Source of the DNA: Myxococcota bacterium
GTDB lineage: Bacteria > Myxococcota_A > UBA9160 > UBA6930
DNA length: 64,000 bases
NCBI GenBank assembly: GCA_965223415.1
Contig: OZ245002.1
Span: 256,001-320,000, forward strand
Direction: 5' to 3'
Shown: piece after piece, positions 10,045 through 22,299 of the stretch
Numbering within the stretch: the stretch's first letter is position 1
Layout of the letters: each line of letters begins with the position of its first letter
Notes under the pieces: generated by a model
Told to the model about the DNA's origin: nothing
Database searches by the model: none
What the model saw: the letters and a program-made list of their open reading frames with translations, nothing else
Program-made: the position numbers and the translations under genes

Positions 10045-11562
10045 ATGCGAACGTCCCGGACCCTTCGATTCCTGTTGTTCGGCGGCGCCGCCGTGGCGCT
10101 GCTGCTCGCCTCGGGCGTCGTCGACATCGACATTCACGTGCGGGACAACGTGGCCCGAGCGGTCGACCTGTTGGAGGCGACGGAGGACGAGCCCGTTCTG
10201 GCCACGCCGGCCCTGTGGAAGGAGGGCTCGGACGACGCGGCCGTGGCGCCTCCCCTCGGCGCGCCGCCCAGCTTCGCCGACCTCGCCGAGCGGGTCTCAC
10301 CAGCGATCGTCAACATTCGCACCAAGAAGACGCTCGGCGACCCGAGCCAGCGCACGCCCCGCAACCCCCTCGAGGAGTTCTTCGGCCTCCAGCCCTTCTT
10401 CCGCGGCCCGCGCCAGGTGCCGAGCCTGGGCACCGGCTTCGTGATCCGGAGCGACGGCTACATCGTCACCAACAACCACGTGATCGAGGACGTCGACAAG
10501 ATCGAGGTCCACTTCAGCGACGAGACCGAGCTCGAGGCCACGGTGATCGGCCGCGACCCCAAGACCGACATCGCCCTCATCAAGGTCGAGCCCAAGGACG
10601 ACCTGCGCGCCCTGCCCTTCGGCGACTCGGACTCCATGCGGCCCGGCGACTGGGTGGTGGCGGTCGGCAACCCGTTCGGACTCGAGCACACGGTCACGGC
10701 CGGCATCGTCTCGGCCAAGCACCGCCAGATCAACCGCGACGAGTCGCGCCGCTTCGACGACTTCATCCAGACCGACGCGGCCATCAATCCGGGCAACTCC
10801 GGGGGGCCGCTGCTCAACCTGAAGGGCGAGGTCGTCGGCATCAACACGGCGATCAACCCCCAGGCGAACACCATCGGATTCGCCGTGCCCATCAATCTGG
10901 CCAAGGCGATCCTGCCACAGCTCGAGACCCGGGGAAGGGTGTCCCGCGGCTACCTGGGCGTGATGATCCAGGCGATCGACGCGGACAAGCAGGAACTGCT
11001 CGATCTCGAGAGCCGCGCGGGGGCGCTGGTGGGCAAGGTCGAGCCGGGCAGCCCGGCGGAGGAGGCCGGGATCCAGCGCTACGACGTGATCGTCGAGTTC
11101 AACAACGCCCCGGTCGCCAGCATGGAGGAGCTGCCGAAGCTCGTCGCTGCCACGCCGGTCGGCAGCGAGGCCGAGGTGGTCGTGATCCGCGACGGCAAGC
11201 GGAAGACCCTCGAGGTGGAGCTGGCGGAGCTCGACCCGACCGAGGTGGCCGACGCCGGCACGAGCAGTGACGAGGACGCCGGTACCTACGGTCTGGCCGT
11301 CCAGCCCATGACCCCGGAGATCGCCCAGCAGCTCGGGATGGGCGACGAGGCCGTGGGCGTGGTCGTGCGCTCGGTCGAACCGGCCAGCCCCGCCGAGGAG
11401 GCGGGCCTGCGCCGCGGCGACGTGATCGTCGAGGTGAACCGCCATCGGGTCGACGGCGTCTCCGAGTTCCGCGACCGCATCGGCGAGAAGGAGGCCGGCG
11501 CGATCCTGGTCGTGCGCCGGGGCGACTCGGAGCAGCTGGTGGCGCTCAAGCCCGCGGGCTGA
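10045..11562 (+). CDS. DegP/DegQ-family periplasmic serine endoprotease
   Basis: [45 protein letters not shown], two PDZ domains. Confidence 0.95.
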   Translation: MRTSRTLRFLLFGGAAVALLLASGVVDIDIHVRDNVARAVDLLEATEDEPVLATPALWKEGSDDAAVAPPLGAPPSFADLAERVSPAIVNIRTKKTLGDPSQRTPRNPLEEFFGLQPFFRGPRQVPSLGTGFVIRSDGYIVTNNHVIEDVDKIEVHFSDETELEATVIGRDPKTDIALIKVEPKDDLRALPFGDSDSMRPGDWVVAVGNPFGLEHTVTAGIVSAKHRQINRDESRRFDDFIQTDAAINPGNSGGPLLNLKGEVVGINTAINPQANTIGFAVPINLAKAILPQLETRGRVSRGYLGVMIQAIDADKQELLDLESRAGALVGKVEPGSPAEEAGIQRYDVIVEFNNAPVASMEELPKLVAATPVGSEAEVVVIRDGKRKTLEVELAELDPTEVADAGTSSDEDAGTYGLAVQPMTPEIAQQLGMGDEAVGVVVRSVEPASPAEEAGLRRGDVIVEVNRHRVDGVSEFRDRIGEKEAGAILVVRRGDSEQLVALKPAG

Positions 11563-11581
11563 TCCGCACGGAGAGCCCGTC

Positions 11582-11618
11582 CGAAGCCCCTCCTGGCCCC
11601 TTGCCAGGAGGGGCTTCG
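11582..11618. other. 16-bp perfect GC-rich hairpin between degP-like gene and clpB
   Basis: CGAAGCCCCTCCTGGC-CCCTT-GCCAGGAGGGGCTTCG; no poly-T tail. Confidence 0.6.
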
Positions 11619-11634
11619 TGCATAGGGTTCGGCC

Positions 11635-14259
<2,625 letters not shown>

Positions 14260-16019
14260 GTGAGGCCGTAGATGACGCTCTCCCCGGCTGTGAACTTCGA
14301 GGCGAAGGTGCCGGGAGGCGGCGGGAAGTCGAACAGGATGTCGTAGAGCCCGTCGCCGTCCGCCTTGAAGGCGTCGACACCGGTGCTGATGTTCGTGGGA
14401 CCCACGGCGGAGCAAGGTGCTGGTAGAGCTCTCCGTCGAGGAACCCGAGCCGGCGATACCAGGGCCGGGTTCCCACCGCGGAGATCACGCTGAGCCCGGC
14501 GTAGCCCGTGCCCGCGGCGAGCCGGGCCGCCTGCTCCACGAGGCGACCGCCCAGCCCTCCGTGCTGGGCCGCGCCGGCCTTCCGCTCGCCCAGGCCAGTG
14601 CTGGTGCCGTAGACGTGGACCTCCCGCAGCAGGGCGCGGCCGACCAGCTCGGCCAGGCGCGGCTCGCCCTTGGGAAGCGTGAGGCGGGCGAAGCCCGCGA
14701 TCCGCTCCTCGTGCGTCGCCAGCTCGAGGAAGATCTCCTCGCCGACGTCACTCGCATAACGACGCTCGATCAGGCGAACGCGGGACGGGTCGACGGGCCG
14801 CCCGCGCACCTCGCGGCTACGGATCTCCCGGACCACCCTGCCCTCCTCGCGAGCCCGCCGCTCGACGACCTCGCGCAGGTTCGTCTGGCGGTTGCCGGCC
14901 ACGATGTCCGGAGACGGGATGTCGCGGACCACCCGGGTGACCCGACACCAGGGCGGCACCTCCACGAGGCAAGCGGCGAGGAGATCCACCAGCTCGTCGT
15001 GGCCGTAGGGCCGCCACTCGCCCCGCCCGTGGACCTCCATCAGCTCGGCGGTCTCGAGCAGGCTGCACGGGTACAGCTTGAGCTCGTCGGGCCGCAGGGC
15101 CGGGTCGGCGAAGAGCCGCGCGAAGTCCCGGGCGTCCTTCGCCGGCGTCGAGCCGTGCAGGTTCGCCATCCAGTGGGCGTGGATCTTGAAGCCGGCGGCC
15201 CGCAGGCGGCCCATCGCCGCGCGGGAGGTGGCGACGTCGTGGCCCCGGCGGTTGGCGGCGAGCACCTGGTCGTCCAGGCTCTGGAGCCCGAGCTGGACCT
15301 TGGTGGCGCCGAGCCGGCGCAGGCGGAGCACCTCGGCATCGCTCACGTGGTCCGGCCGGGTCTCGAGGGACAGGCCGACGCAGCGGGCTCGTGCGCTCTC
15401 GTTGGCGCGCTGGGCCGCCTCGACCCGGGCCCAGTCCGCCTGCTCCGGCTCCTCCTCGCGAGGCGCCGGGCGCTCGGGATCGAAGCGGTTCAGGGCCTCG
15501 AAGACCCGGGCCACGAACCAGCGCTGGTAGCGCTCCGGGTAGGCCGACCAGGTCCCGCCGAGCACGATCAGCTCCACCTTGTCGGTGCGGTGGCCCATCT
15601 CGTGGTAGGCGCGCAGGCGGTTCCACGCCTGGCGGAGCGGATCGAAGCCGTTGTCCAGGGCGCGCTGGCAGCCCGGCTCGTCAGCCAGGTAGCTCTTCGG
15701 CATCCGCACGTCGTCCGGGCAGAAGAGGCAGCGCCCCGGACACGGGTGCGGCCGGGTCAGCACCGTCACCGGCAGGATCCCGGAGAGCGAGCGGGTCGGA
15801 CAGGTGCGGAGGCGCTCGGCGAAGACGTCCTCCGCCACGGGCCAGCGGGACGCGTCGGCCCGGAAGGCGCGCAGGATCTCCCGCTTGGAAAAGAAGCCGC
15901 GCCCGTCCTTCGGATGCCGGCGCAGGATGGCGTTCAGGGTGCGGGGCGGGATCGGGCCTTCACCGGGCGCGTCGAGGACGTCAGCGATGAGGCCGTGTAG
16001 CGGTAGACTCGCCTGTTCC

Positions 16020-16736
16020 ATGTCTCCCGAGACCGTCCGCGCGCTGCGCGCCATCAACGAGCGATTCTACCGGACGCACGCCGCGCGCTTCGCGGCCAAG
16101 CGGACACGACCCTGGGAGGGGATGGAGCGCGTGCTCGAAGAGCTCCCGCGGCCGATCGACCGGGTGCTCGACGTGGGCTGTGGCCATGGGCGCTTCGCCG
16201 CCCTGCTTCACGCCGCCGGGGCGGAGCCGGCCTACCTGGGCGTGGATGCGTCCTCCGAGCTGCTCCGGCTGGCGATGGAGCGCGACGACCTGCCCGCGGC
16301 CTGCCGCTGGCTGCAGCTCGACGTCCTGGACGACCCGGACGCCCTGCCCCGCGGCCCCTTCGGCCTGGTGACGCTCTTCGGCGTGCTCCATCACGTGCCC
16401 GGCGAGGCCCGACGCCACGCCCTGCTCCGAGCCCTGGGCGAGCGCGTCGCCGCCGGCGGAACCCTCGCCCTGGCCTTCTGGCGCCGGGCGGGAGACCAGG
16501 TGAAGCGGCACCTCCCCTGGTCCCTCGCCGGGCTGCGGGAGGAGGACGTCGAGCCCGGCGATCGCCTGCTCCACTTCGACGGTGACGAGCGCCGGTTCCG
16601 CTACGCCCACTTCGCCGACGACGCCGAACTCGACCGCGTCGAATCGGCTGCCGGCCTGCCCCTGGCGCTGCGCTTCATCGCCGACGGCCAGGGCAATGTG
16701 GCCAACGCCTACTTCCTGTGGAGGCGCCGGGCGTGA
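16020..16736 (+). CDS. Class I SAM methyltransferase, Trm9/ALKBH8-like
   Basis: FY...A..F...R..PW, DVGCGHG, GVLHHVP...RR, ALAFW, RYAHF...EL resemble recalled Trm9 motifs. Confidence 0.75.
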   Translation: MSPETVRALRAINERFYRTHAARFAAKRTRPWEGMERVLEELPRPIDRVLDVGCGHGRFAALLHAAGAEPAYLGVDASSELLRLAMERDDLPAACRWLQLDVLDDPDALPRGPFGLVTLFGVLHHVPGEARRHALLRALGERVAAGGTLALAFWRRAGDQVKRHLPWSLAGLREEDVEPGDRLLHFDGDERRFRYAHFADDAELDRVESAAGLPLALRFIADGQGNVANAYFLWRRRA

Positions 16737-16755
16737 TCCTGCGGATGCGATCGAC

Positions 16756-17490
16756 GTGACGGCGCCGGGGGCGATCCGCCGCCAGCTCGTGGGCCCGGAA
16801 GAGGTGGCCCTCGCGCTCCAGCGAGGCGAGCCGGTCCGGCTGCTGCTCGTCGCGGAGGAGACCGCGGACCCGCAGACACGCACCGTGGTGGAGCGCGCGC
16901 TCGAGCTCGGCATCCCCGTGCGTCCGACCAGCGAGCGCTCCCTGTGGCGGCTGCGTACCCGGGACGAGCCGGCCGAGGTGCTCGGGCTGGTGGGCCCGCC
17001 GCCGGACGCGAGCCGCGAGCAGGCCCTGGCCGGCGGCGGCTGTGCCTGGCTGCTGGTGGGCCTCGCCTATCCGGGCAACACGGGCTTCGCGATCCGCGCT
17101 GCCGAGGTGTCCGGCTCCGACGCGGTCTTCGTCGACGGCGCCCTGCTCCACGAAGGCCGCCGCGAGGCCCTGCGTGCGTCGATGCGCGCCGACCACTTCC
17201 TGCCGGTGTTCTGGGAGCCCGCGAAGGGCGCGATCGAAGCGGCCCGGGCCGCCGGCCGCCGCATCCTCGCCGTGGAGGACGTGGGCGATCGGGCGCCCTG
17301 GGAGGTCGACCTCACCGTGCCGCTCCTGCTGGTCGTCGGCGGCGAGCGCCACGGCATCCCGCGGGAGGTCCTGGACGCCTGCGACGCGGCGCTTCGCATC
17401 CCCATGTACGGCTTCATCCCGTCCTACAACCTGCAGGCCGCCATGGCGATGGTGGCCGGCGAGAGGCTGCGCCAGCTCGCGGCGGGCTGA
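16756..17490 (+). CDS. SpoU/TrmH-family RNA 2'-O-methyltransferase
   Basis: YPGNTGFAIRAAE, VVGGERHGI, LRIPMYG...SYNL SPOUT motifs; start uncertain. Confidence 0.85.
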   Translation: MTAPGAIRRQLVGPEEVALALQRGEPVRLLLVAEETADPQTRTVVERALELGIPVRPTSERSLWRLRTRDEPAEVLGLVGPPPDASREQALAGGGCAWLLVGLAYPGNTGFAIRAAEVSGSDAVFVDGALLHEGRREALRASMRADHFLPVFWEPAKGAIEAARAAGRRILAVEDVGDRAPWEVDLTVPLLLVVGGERHGIPREVLDACDAALRIPMYGFIPSYNLQAAMAMVAGERLRQLAAG

Positions 17491-17495
17491 ACGCG

Positions 17496-17948
17496 TCAGT
17501 GCTCGCTGTGGTCTTCGTGCCCTCCGTCGTGGGCGGGCGCCCGAACCTCGGCGGCGACCTCGAGCGTGCCTCCACCCTCCAGCTCGAGCACGAGCTCGAC
17601 GCTCTCCCCGGCATCGGGGAGCGTGGGACCCATCAGCATCACGTGGAGGCCCCGCGGCGCCAGGTCCACCGAGCCTCCGGCCGGGACCTCGATCACTTCG
17701 ACGGGGACCATCTTCGCCACGCCGTCCTCGACCCGGGTCTCGTGGAGCGACGCCTTCTCGGCCGCGGCGCAGCGCACGCCGGTGACGCGGACGGCTTCGG
17801 CGCCGGTGTTGTGCAGCATCAGGTAGGCCGCGGCCGGCGACCCCGGCGGCGGCTGGGGAACCCAGGCGTCGTGCGCCATGAGCTCGCCGGCCCAAGCGCC
17901 TGAGGCGACGGCGAGCAGCAAGGCGGCCGCGAACGTGAACCGGATCAT
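17496..17948 (-). CDS. Copper chaperone PCu(A)C
   Basis: Signal peptide, AAYLML.N, LHET...KM...GLHVML, His-rich tail. Confidence 0.92.
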   Translation of the reverse strand: MIRFTFAAALLLAVASGAWAGELMAHDAWVPQPPPGSPAAAYLMLHNTGAEAVRVTGVRCAAAEKASLHETRVEDGVAKMVPVEVIEVPAGGSVDLAPRGLHVMLMGPTLPDAGESVELVLELEGGGTLEVAAEVRAPAHDGGHEDHSEH

Positions 17949-18616
17949 GAGGTCTCCTTCTCCAGGGATTGGACGATGGCCAGGGTGTCCAGGAACTCGG
18001 CGGGATCGTGGGGCTCTTCGAGCACGGCGCGCAGGTGGGCGTCGGGCCCCACGAGGAAGACGAAGGCGGTGTGGTCGACCCGGTAGGCGTCGGGAGCGTC
18101 GGCCGGGACTTCGGCGCGGTAGAAGGCACCCACCGCGTCGACCAGGGGATCGACGGCCCGCGCCTCACCGGTGACGCCCAGGAACGCGGGATCGAAGTAG
18201 GCGACGTACTCGGCCAGCCGCTCCACCGGGTCCCGCTGCGGATCGACCGAGACGAAGACCACTTCGGGAAACGCCGACGTGCTGCGGGTGCGCAACGCCG
18301 CCTCACGCCGGGCGCTGGCCAGGCCCTGCAGGGTCAGGGGGCAGACGTCGGGACACGAGGTGTAGCCGAAGAAGAGCAGGCTCCAGCCGCCGACGAGCCG
18401 CGCGCGGTCGAAGGGCTCGCCGCGGTGATCGATCAGGTCGAAGGCGGGAAGCTCGCGGGGCACGCGCAGAATCCGGCCGGCCTCGCCCAGCTCGGGAACC
18501 TCGGCCGGCGCGAGGCGCGCGAGGTAGACGCCGAAGGTCACCAGCCCCGTGAGCACGAGGGCGACGAGCACGACCAGGGGGCGGTCCGATCCGGCGGCTC
18601 CGGGGGGCGAGTCCAT
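17945..18616 (-). CDS. SCO1/SenC family copper protein
   Basis: N-terminal TM, FFGYTSCPDVCP, VSVDPQRD, VDHTA. Confidence 0.93.
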   Translation of the reverse strand: MDSPPGAAGSDRPLVVLVALVLTGLVTFGVYLARLAPAEVPELGEAGRILRVPRELPAFDLIDHRGEPFDRARLVGGWSLLFFGYTSCPDVCPLTLQGLASARREAALRTRSTSAFPEVVFVSVDPQRDPVERLAEYVAYFDPAFLGVTGEARAVDPLVDAVGAFYRAEVPADAPDAYRVDHTAFVFLVGPDAHLRAVLEEPHDPAEFLDTLAIVQSLEKETS

Positions 18617-18628
18617 GGCGCGAGAACC

Positions 18629-19234
18629 CTAGCGGACCACAGCGGGTCGAAGGGCGCCTCGCCAGCGACGCGCCTGCAGCCAGCCCACTGCCAGGGCGCC
18701 GGCCAGCATGCCGGCGCTCATCGTCGCGAAGGTCGCCAGCAGCTGGAGCGCGGGCCAGGCCGCGAGGCCGACGGGGAGGAGCCGCGGGCCGGCCGCCATG
18801 CCGGCGACCATGCCCACGAGACAGAGCAGCTGGGAGCCGACCTGGCGCCACGGGTCCCCCCGGCGCCAGCCCGCACAGGAGAAGCAGGCAGCGGCCATGC
18901 CGACGACCATCCAGCTCGCGCCCAGGGCGGCCGCGCCCTCCCCGCACAGGCAAGAGCAGGCACCGCCCTGGATCGCCGGTGCGAAGCCGGCGTCGGCCCA
19001 CCAGCCCGCCAGCATGCCGGCGCTGCCCACCGAGAGGGTTCCGAGGGCGCGAAGCGACCCCGGGCTAGCCGACGCGCCGACGCGTCCGGCGACCCACCCG
19101 GCGGCCAGGCTCGAGGCCAGACACAGCAGCCCCACCCCTGCCCAGTCGGCCCCGACCAGCAGGGCGAGGAGCGGCCCCTGGAGCCAGGCGCAGCCCGCGT
19201 AGACCCATCCCCGCCAGCCGATCGCCGATCGCAT
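18629..19234 (-). CDS. Met/Cys-rich integral membrane protein of unknown function
   Basis: Several hydrophobic helices with repeated GM motifs and CSCLC; co-oriented upstream of SCO/PCuAC. Confidence 0.6.
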   Translation of the reverse strand: MRSAIGWRGWVYAGCAWLQGPLLALLVGADWAGVGLLCLASSLAAGWVAGRVGASASPGSLRALGTLSVGSAGMLAGWWADAGFAPAIQGGACSCLCGEGAAALGASWMVVGMAAACFSCAGWRRGDPWRQVGSQLLCLVGMVAGMAAGPRLLPVGLAAWPALQLLATFATMSAGMLAGALAVGWLQARRWRGALRPAVVR

Positions 19235-19356
19235 GGGCGATGGTAGGTCGCACGATCCGTGCCATCCCGAGCGCAGCGCACGGCGCCCGGATCGCCGTCA
19301 CGAAACTCCCGGGTGCCCCACGCTGGCGCGGAACGCCCCACCGCGGACGGCGGCGG

Positions 19357-19830
19357 CTACTCGTGCAGCTGCTCGGCGAGGTAGGCGGGCGTGCCGAGCT
19401 GGTCGTTCAGGTGGAGCTGGGCCTCGAGCCAATCGACGCTCTCCTCCTCGCTCTTGAGGTGGCGCTCGCAGAGCTCGCGGGTGCCGTTGTCACCCTTCTC
19501 GTGGGCCAGGGCGATCACCTTGTTGTATCGGCTCACCGCGTCCAGCTCCATCTGCAGGTCGAGGCGATGCTGCTCGATGGGATCCTCGCCCACGCGCACC
19601 GGACTCAGCCGCTGCATGTTGGGCGTGCCGTCGAGGTAGAGGATGCGTTCGATGATGCGCTCGGCATCCTTCATCTCGTCGACGGACTCGTCCCACTTGG
19701 ACTTCGCCAGCCGCTTGTAGCCCCAGTTCTCGCACATCTTCGCGTGCACGAAGTACTGGTTGATGGCGGTGAGCTCGGCGGTCAGTACGTCGTTGAGCGC
19801 CTCGACGATCTCGGCGTCGCCCTGGGGCAT
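19357..19830 (-). CDS. bfr: Bacterioferritin
   Basis: LNDVLTAELTAINQYFVH, ESVDEMKDA, ERILYLDG.PN, EEES.DWLE. Confidence 0.95.
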   Translation of the reverse strand: MPQGDAEIVEALNDVLTAELTAINQYFVHAKMCENWGYKRLAKSKWDESVDEMKDAERIIERILYLDGTPNMQRLSPVRVGEDPIEQHRLDLQMELDAVSRYNKVIALAHEKGDNGTRELCERHLKSEEESVDWLEAQLHLNDQLGTPAYLAEQLHE

Positions 19831-19859
19831 CGCTTCCTCCGGTGAATGGGGAAGCGAGA

Positions 19860-20069
19860 CTAGCGCGCGGCGACCCGCTCCAGGCGACCGAGGGTGGCAT
19901 CGTCCCGGGCGCGCTCCTCGTCGACGAGCTGCTCGATCACGGGCCGGCAGCCGCCGCAACGCCCGCCGGCGCCGGACTGGAGGCGGACCTGGCGGCTGGA
20001 GCAGGCACCCTGGCGGATGGTCGACCGGATGTCTCGATCGGAGAGGCCGCGGCAGTGACAGACGAGCAC
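19860..20069 (-). CDS. bfd: Bacterioferritin-associated (2Fe-2S) ferredoxin
   Basis: VCHC...GAGGRCGGC; adjacent to bfr. Confidence 0.88.
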   Translation of the reverse strand: MLVCHCRGLSDRDIRSTIRQGACSSRQVRLQSGAGGRCGGCRPVIEQLVDEERARDDATLGRLERVAAR

Positions 20070-20088
20070 AAAGGGAGCATCGCACAAC

Positions 20089-20113
20089 GAAATTGAAAAT
20101 CAATGTCGATTTC
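20089..20113. promoter_or_regulatory. Putative Fur box
   Basis: AT-rich imperfect palindrome GAAATTGAAAATCAATGTCGATTTC (TGAAAAT-n-AATGTCG) just upstream of bfd-bfr. Confidence 0.6.
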
Positions 20114-20177
20114 AGCAGATGCCGCCTCCCTTCTATCCGACTGGATTTCCAGGGCTTTTCCCCTACCCTGCCCGCCC

Positions 20178-20981
20178 ATGCATCGCTTCGATCGGGATAC
20201 GGCCGTCGAAGCCCTGGGGGAGGGACGCTACGCCGCGCGCATCGACCGGGGCTGGTGGATCGTCCGCGGGCCGAACGGGGGCTACGTGGCCGCGCTGCTG
20301 GTCCAGGCCCTGAAGGCGGCGGTCTCGGACCCGGCCCGCGGCCTGCGCTCCCTCACCGTCCACTACCTGCGCCCGCCTGCCGAGGGCCCGGCCGAGATCC
20401 GCACGAGCGTCGAGCGGACCGGCCGGTCGCTCACCACCGTTAGCGGGCGCATGCTGCAGGAGGGCAAGGTGCAGGCCCTGGCGACAGCCGCCTTCTCGGC
20501 GCCGCGGGAGACCGCCGAGCTGCACCACGCCGAGATGCCGGACGTCGCGCCGCCGGAGGAGCTGCCGGCGCGCAACGCCAACCCGGCCGTCCCGATGCAC
20601 GGGCTGTTCGACGAGCGGCCGGCGCTCGGGGGCGGCGTCTGGGGCGAGGCGCCGGGGGGCCGGGCGCTCTCGGGCGGGTGGATCCGGCTCGCGGAGCCCC
20701 GCATCCTCGACGACGCACTCGTCGTGGCCTACGCGGACGCGTGGCCCCCCGCCCTCTTCGCCGCGGCCCTCGACCGGCCGGCCGGGGGCGTCCCCACCGT
20801 CGACCTGACGGTCCACGTCCGGGCCTCCCTGCCCGTGGCCTCGGCGCGACCGGAAGACCACGTGCTCGTCGTCTTCCGCACCCGGGAGGTGCGGGAGGGC
20901 TTCCTCGAAGAGGACGGCGAGATCTGGTCCCGGGACGGGATCCTCCTCGCCCAGTGCCGCCAGCTGGCGGTCATGGCCTAG
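20178..20981 (+). CDS. Thioesterase family protein (double hotdog, TesB-like)
   Basis: RGPNGGYVAA, SLTVHYL, DAWPP, PTVDLTVH, EEDGEIWS..G.LLAQCRQ. Confidence 0.85.
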   Translation: MHRFDRDTAVEALGEGRYAARIDRGWWIVRGPNGGYVAALLVQALKAAVSDPARGLRSLTVHYLRPPAEGPAEIRTSVERTGRSLTTVSGRMLQEGKVQALATAAFSAPRETAELHHAEMPDVAPPEELPARNANPAVPMHGLFDERPALGGGVWGEAPGGRALSGGWIRLAEPRILDDALVVAYADAWPPALFAAALDRPAGGVPTVDLTVHVRASLPVASARPEDHVLVVFRTREVREGFLEEDGEIWSRDGILLAQCRQLAVMA

Positions 20982-21002
20982 AAGGGGTACACACGAGAGA
21001 CC

Positions 21003-21080
21003 ATGTCGACCGGCCGCAAGCCCTTCGCCTTCTTCTACTTCGGGTGGTTCTTTGGAACCTCCGGGGCGGAGGATCGCTGA
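21003..21080 (+). CDS. Aromatic amino-acid attenuator leader peptide (MSTGRKPFAFFYFGWFFGTSGAEDR)
   Basis: 25-aa ORF with 6 Phe, 1 Tyr and 1 Trp within 10 codons, followed by a terminator and DAHP synthase. Confidence 0.85.
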   Translation: MSTGRKPFAFFYFGWFFGTSGAEDR

Positions 21081-21113
21081 CGGCCTGACACGCCGAGCCG
21101 ACCTTCGAACACG

Positions 21114-21150
21114 AAGCCCCGAGAGACGCCTCTCGGGGCTTTCTCGTTTT
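21114..21150 (+). terminator. Attenuator terminator hairpin
   Basis: AAGCCCCGAGAG-ACGC-CTCTCGGGGCTT followed by TCTCGTTTT. Confidence 0.8.
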
Positions 21151-21177
21151 CACACGGCTTCCAGACAGGATGCAGCC

Positions 21178-22299
21178 ATGCAGGAACCGCTTCACGATCG
21201 AAACCTCGCGAGCCTCCACCGGCTCACCACCCCCGCCGCCCTGTGCGCGGCGATGCCGGTCCCCGAAGCCCTCGGCGCCCAGGTGCTTGCCGCCCGGGAC
21301 GCCGTGCGCGCCGTGCTCCACGGCCGCGACCGGGAGCGGCTCGTGGTGGTGGTCGGCCCGTGCTCGCTCCACGACCGGGAGGCGAGCCTCGCCTACGCGG
21401 AGCGTCTGCGCGGAGCCGCCGAGCGCTTCCCCGAGCTGCTGATCGTGATGCGGACCTACTTCGAGAAGCCGCGCACGACCGTGGGCTGGAAGGGGCTGAT
21501 CAACGACCCGCACCTCGACGGCAGCGGCGACATCGAGCACGGCCTGCGGGCGGCCCGCGGGCTGCTGCTCGAGATCGGCGCCCTCGGGCTGCCCTGTGCC
21601 AGCGAGGTGCTCGACCCGGTGACGCCCCAGTTCCTGGCGGACCTGCTCTCCTGGGTCGCGATCGGCGCCCGGACCACCGAGAGCCAGACCCACCGCGAGA
21701 TGGCCAGCGGCCTCTCCATGCCGGTCGGCTTCAAGAACGGCACGGAAGGCGATCTGCAGGTGGCCCTCGATGCGATGGTCTCGGCGAGCCATCCCCACCA
21801 TTTCCTGGGCATCGATCCGGACGGCGCCGTCGCCGTCGTCGCCACCCGCGGCAACCCGGACCACCACATCGTGCTGCGGGGCGGTCGCAGCGGGCCGAAC
21901 TTCGGCGCCGGCCACGTGGCCGAGGCGGGCCTGCGCCTCGCCGAGCTGGGCATCGCCCGCGGCGTGATGGTCGACTGCTCCCACGACAACTCGGGAAAGG
22001 ACCCGAGCCGTCAGGGCACCGTGTGCCGCGCGGTCCTCGCGCAGGTGCGCGCGGGCCAGAGTGGCCTGATGGGCGTGATGCTCGAGAGCCACCTCCACGA
22101 GGGCCGCCAGGATTGGCAGGCGAGCCCCCGCGCCTTCGGCGTCTCCATCACCGACGGCTGCATCGGCTGGGACGAGACCGAGGGCCTTCTCGAAGACGCC
22201 GCCGACGCGGTCCGCGGGGCCCGCCGACGCCCACGACCCGAGCGCCGCGTAAGAAGCGGGGCCGGAGTTAAGAATTCAGTTACCCCCTTCGGGGGGTAA
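21178..22299 (+). CDS. 3-deoxy-7-phosphoheptulonate (DAHP) synthase, class I-alpha (AroF/G/H type)
   Basis: VGPCSLHD, YFEKPRTTVGWKGLINDP, IGARTTESQTHR, GFKNGT, DCSHDNS, SITDGCIGW. Confidence 0.95.
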   Translation: MQEPLHDRNLASLHRLTTPAALCAAMPVPEALGAQVLAARDAVRAVLHGRDRERLVVVVGPCSLHDREASLAYAERLRGAAERFPELLIVMRTYFEKPRTTVGWKGLINDPHLDGSGDIEHGLRAARGLLLEIGALGLPCASEVLDPVTPQFLADLLSWVAIGARTTESQTHREMASGLSMPVGFKNGTEGDLQVALDAMVSASHPHHFLGIDPDGAVAVVATRGNPDHHIVLRGGRSGPNFGAGHVAEAGLRLAELGIARGVMVDCSHDNSGKDPSRQGTVCRAVLAQVRAGQSGLMGVMLESHLHEGRQDWQASPRAFGVSITDGCIGWDETEGLLEDAADAVRGARRRPRPERRVRSGAGVKNSVTPFGG

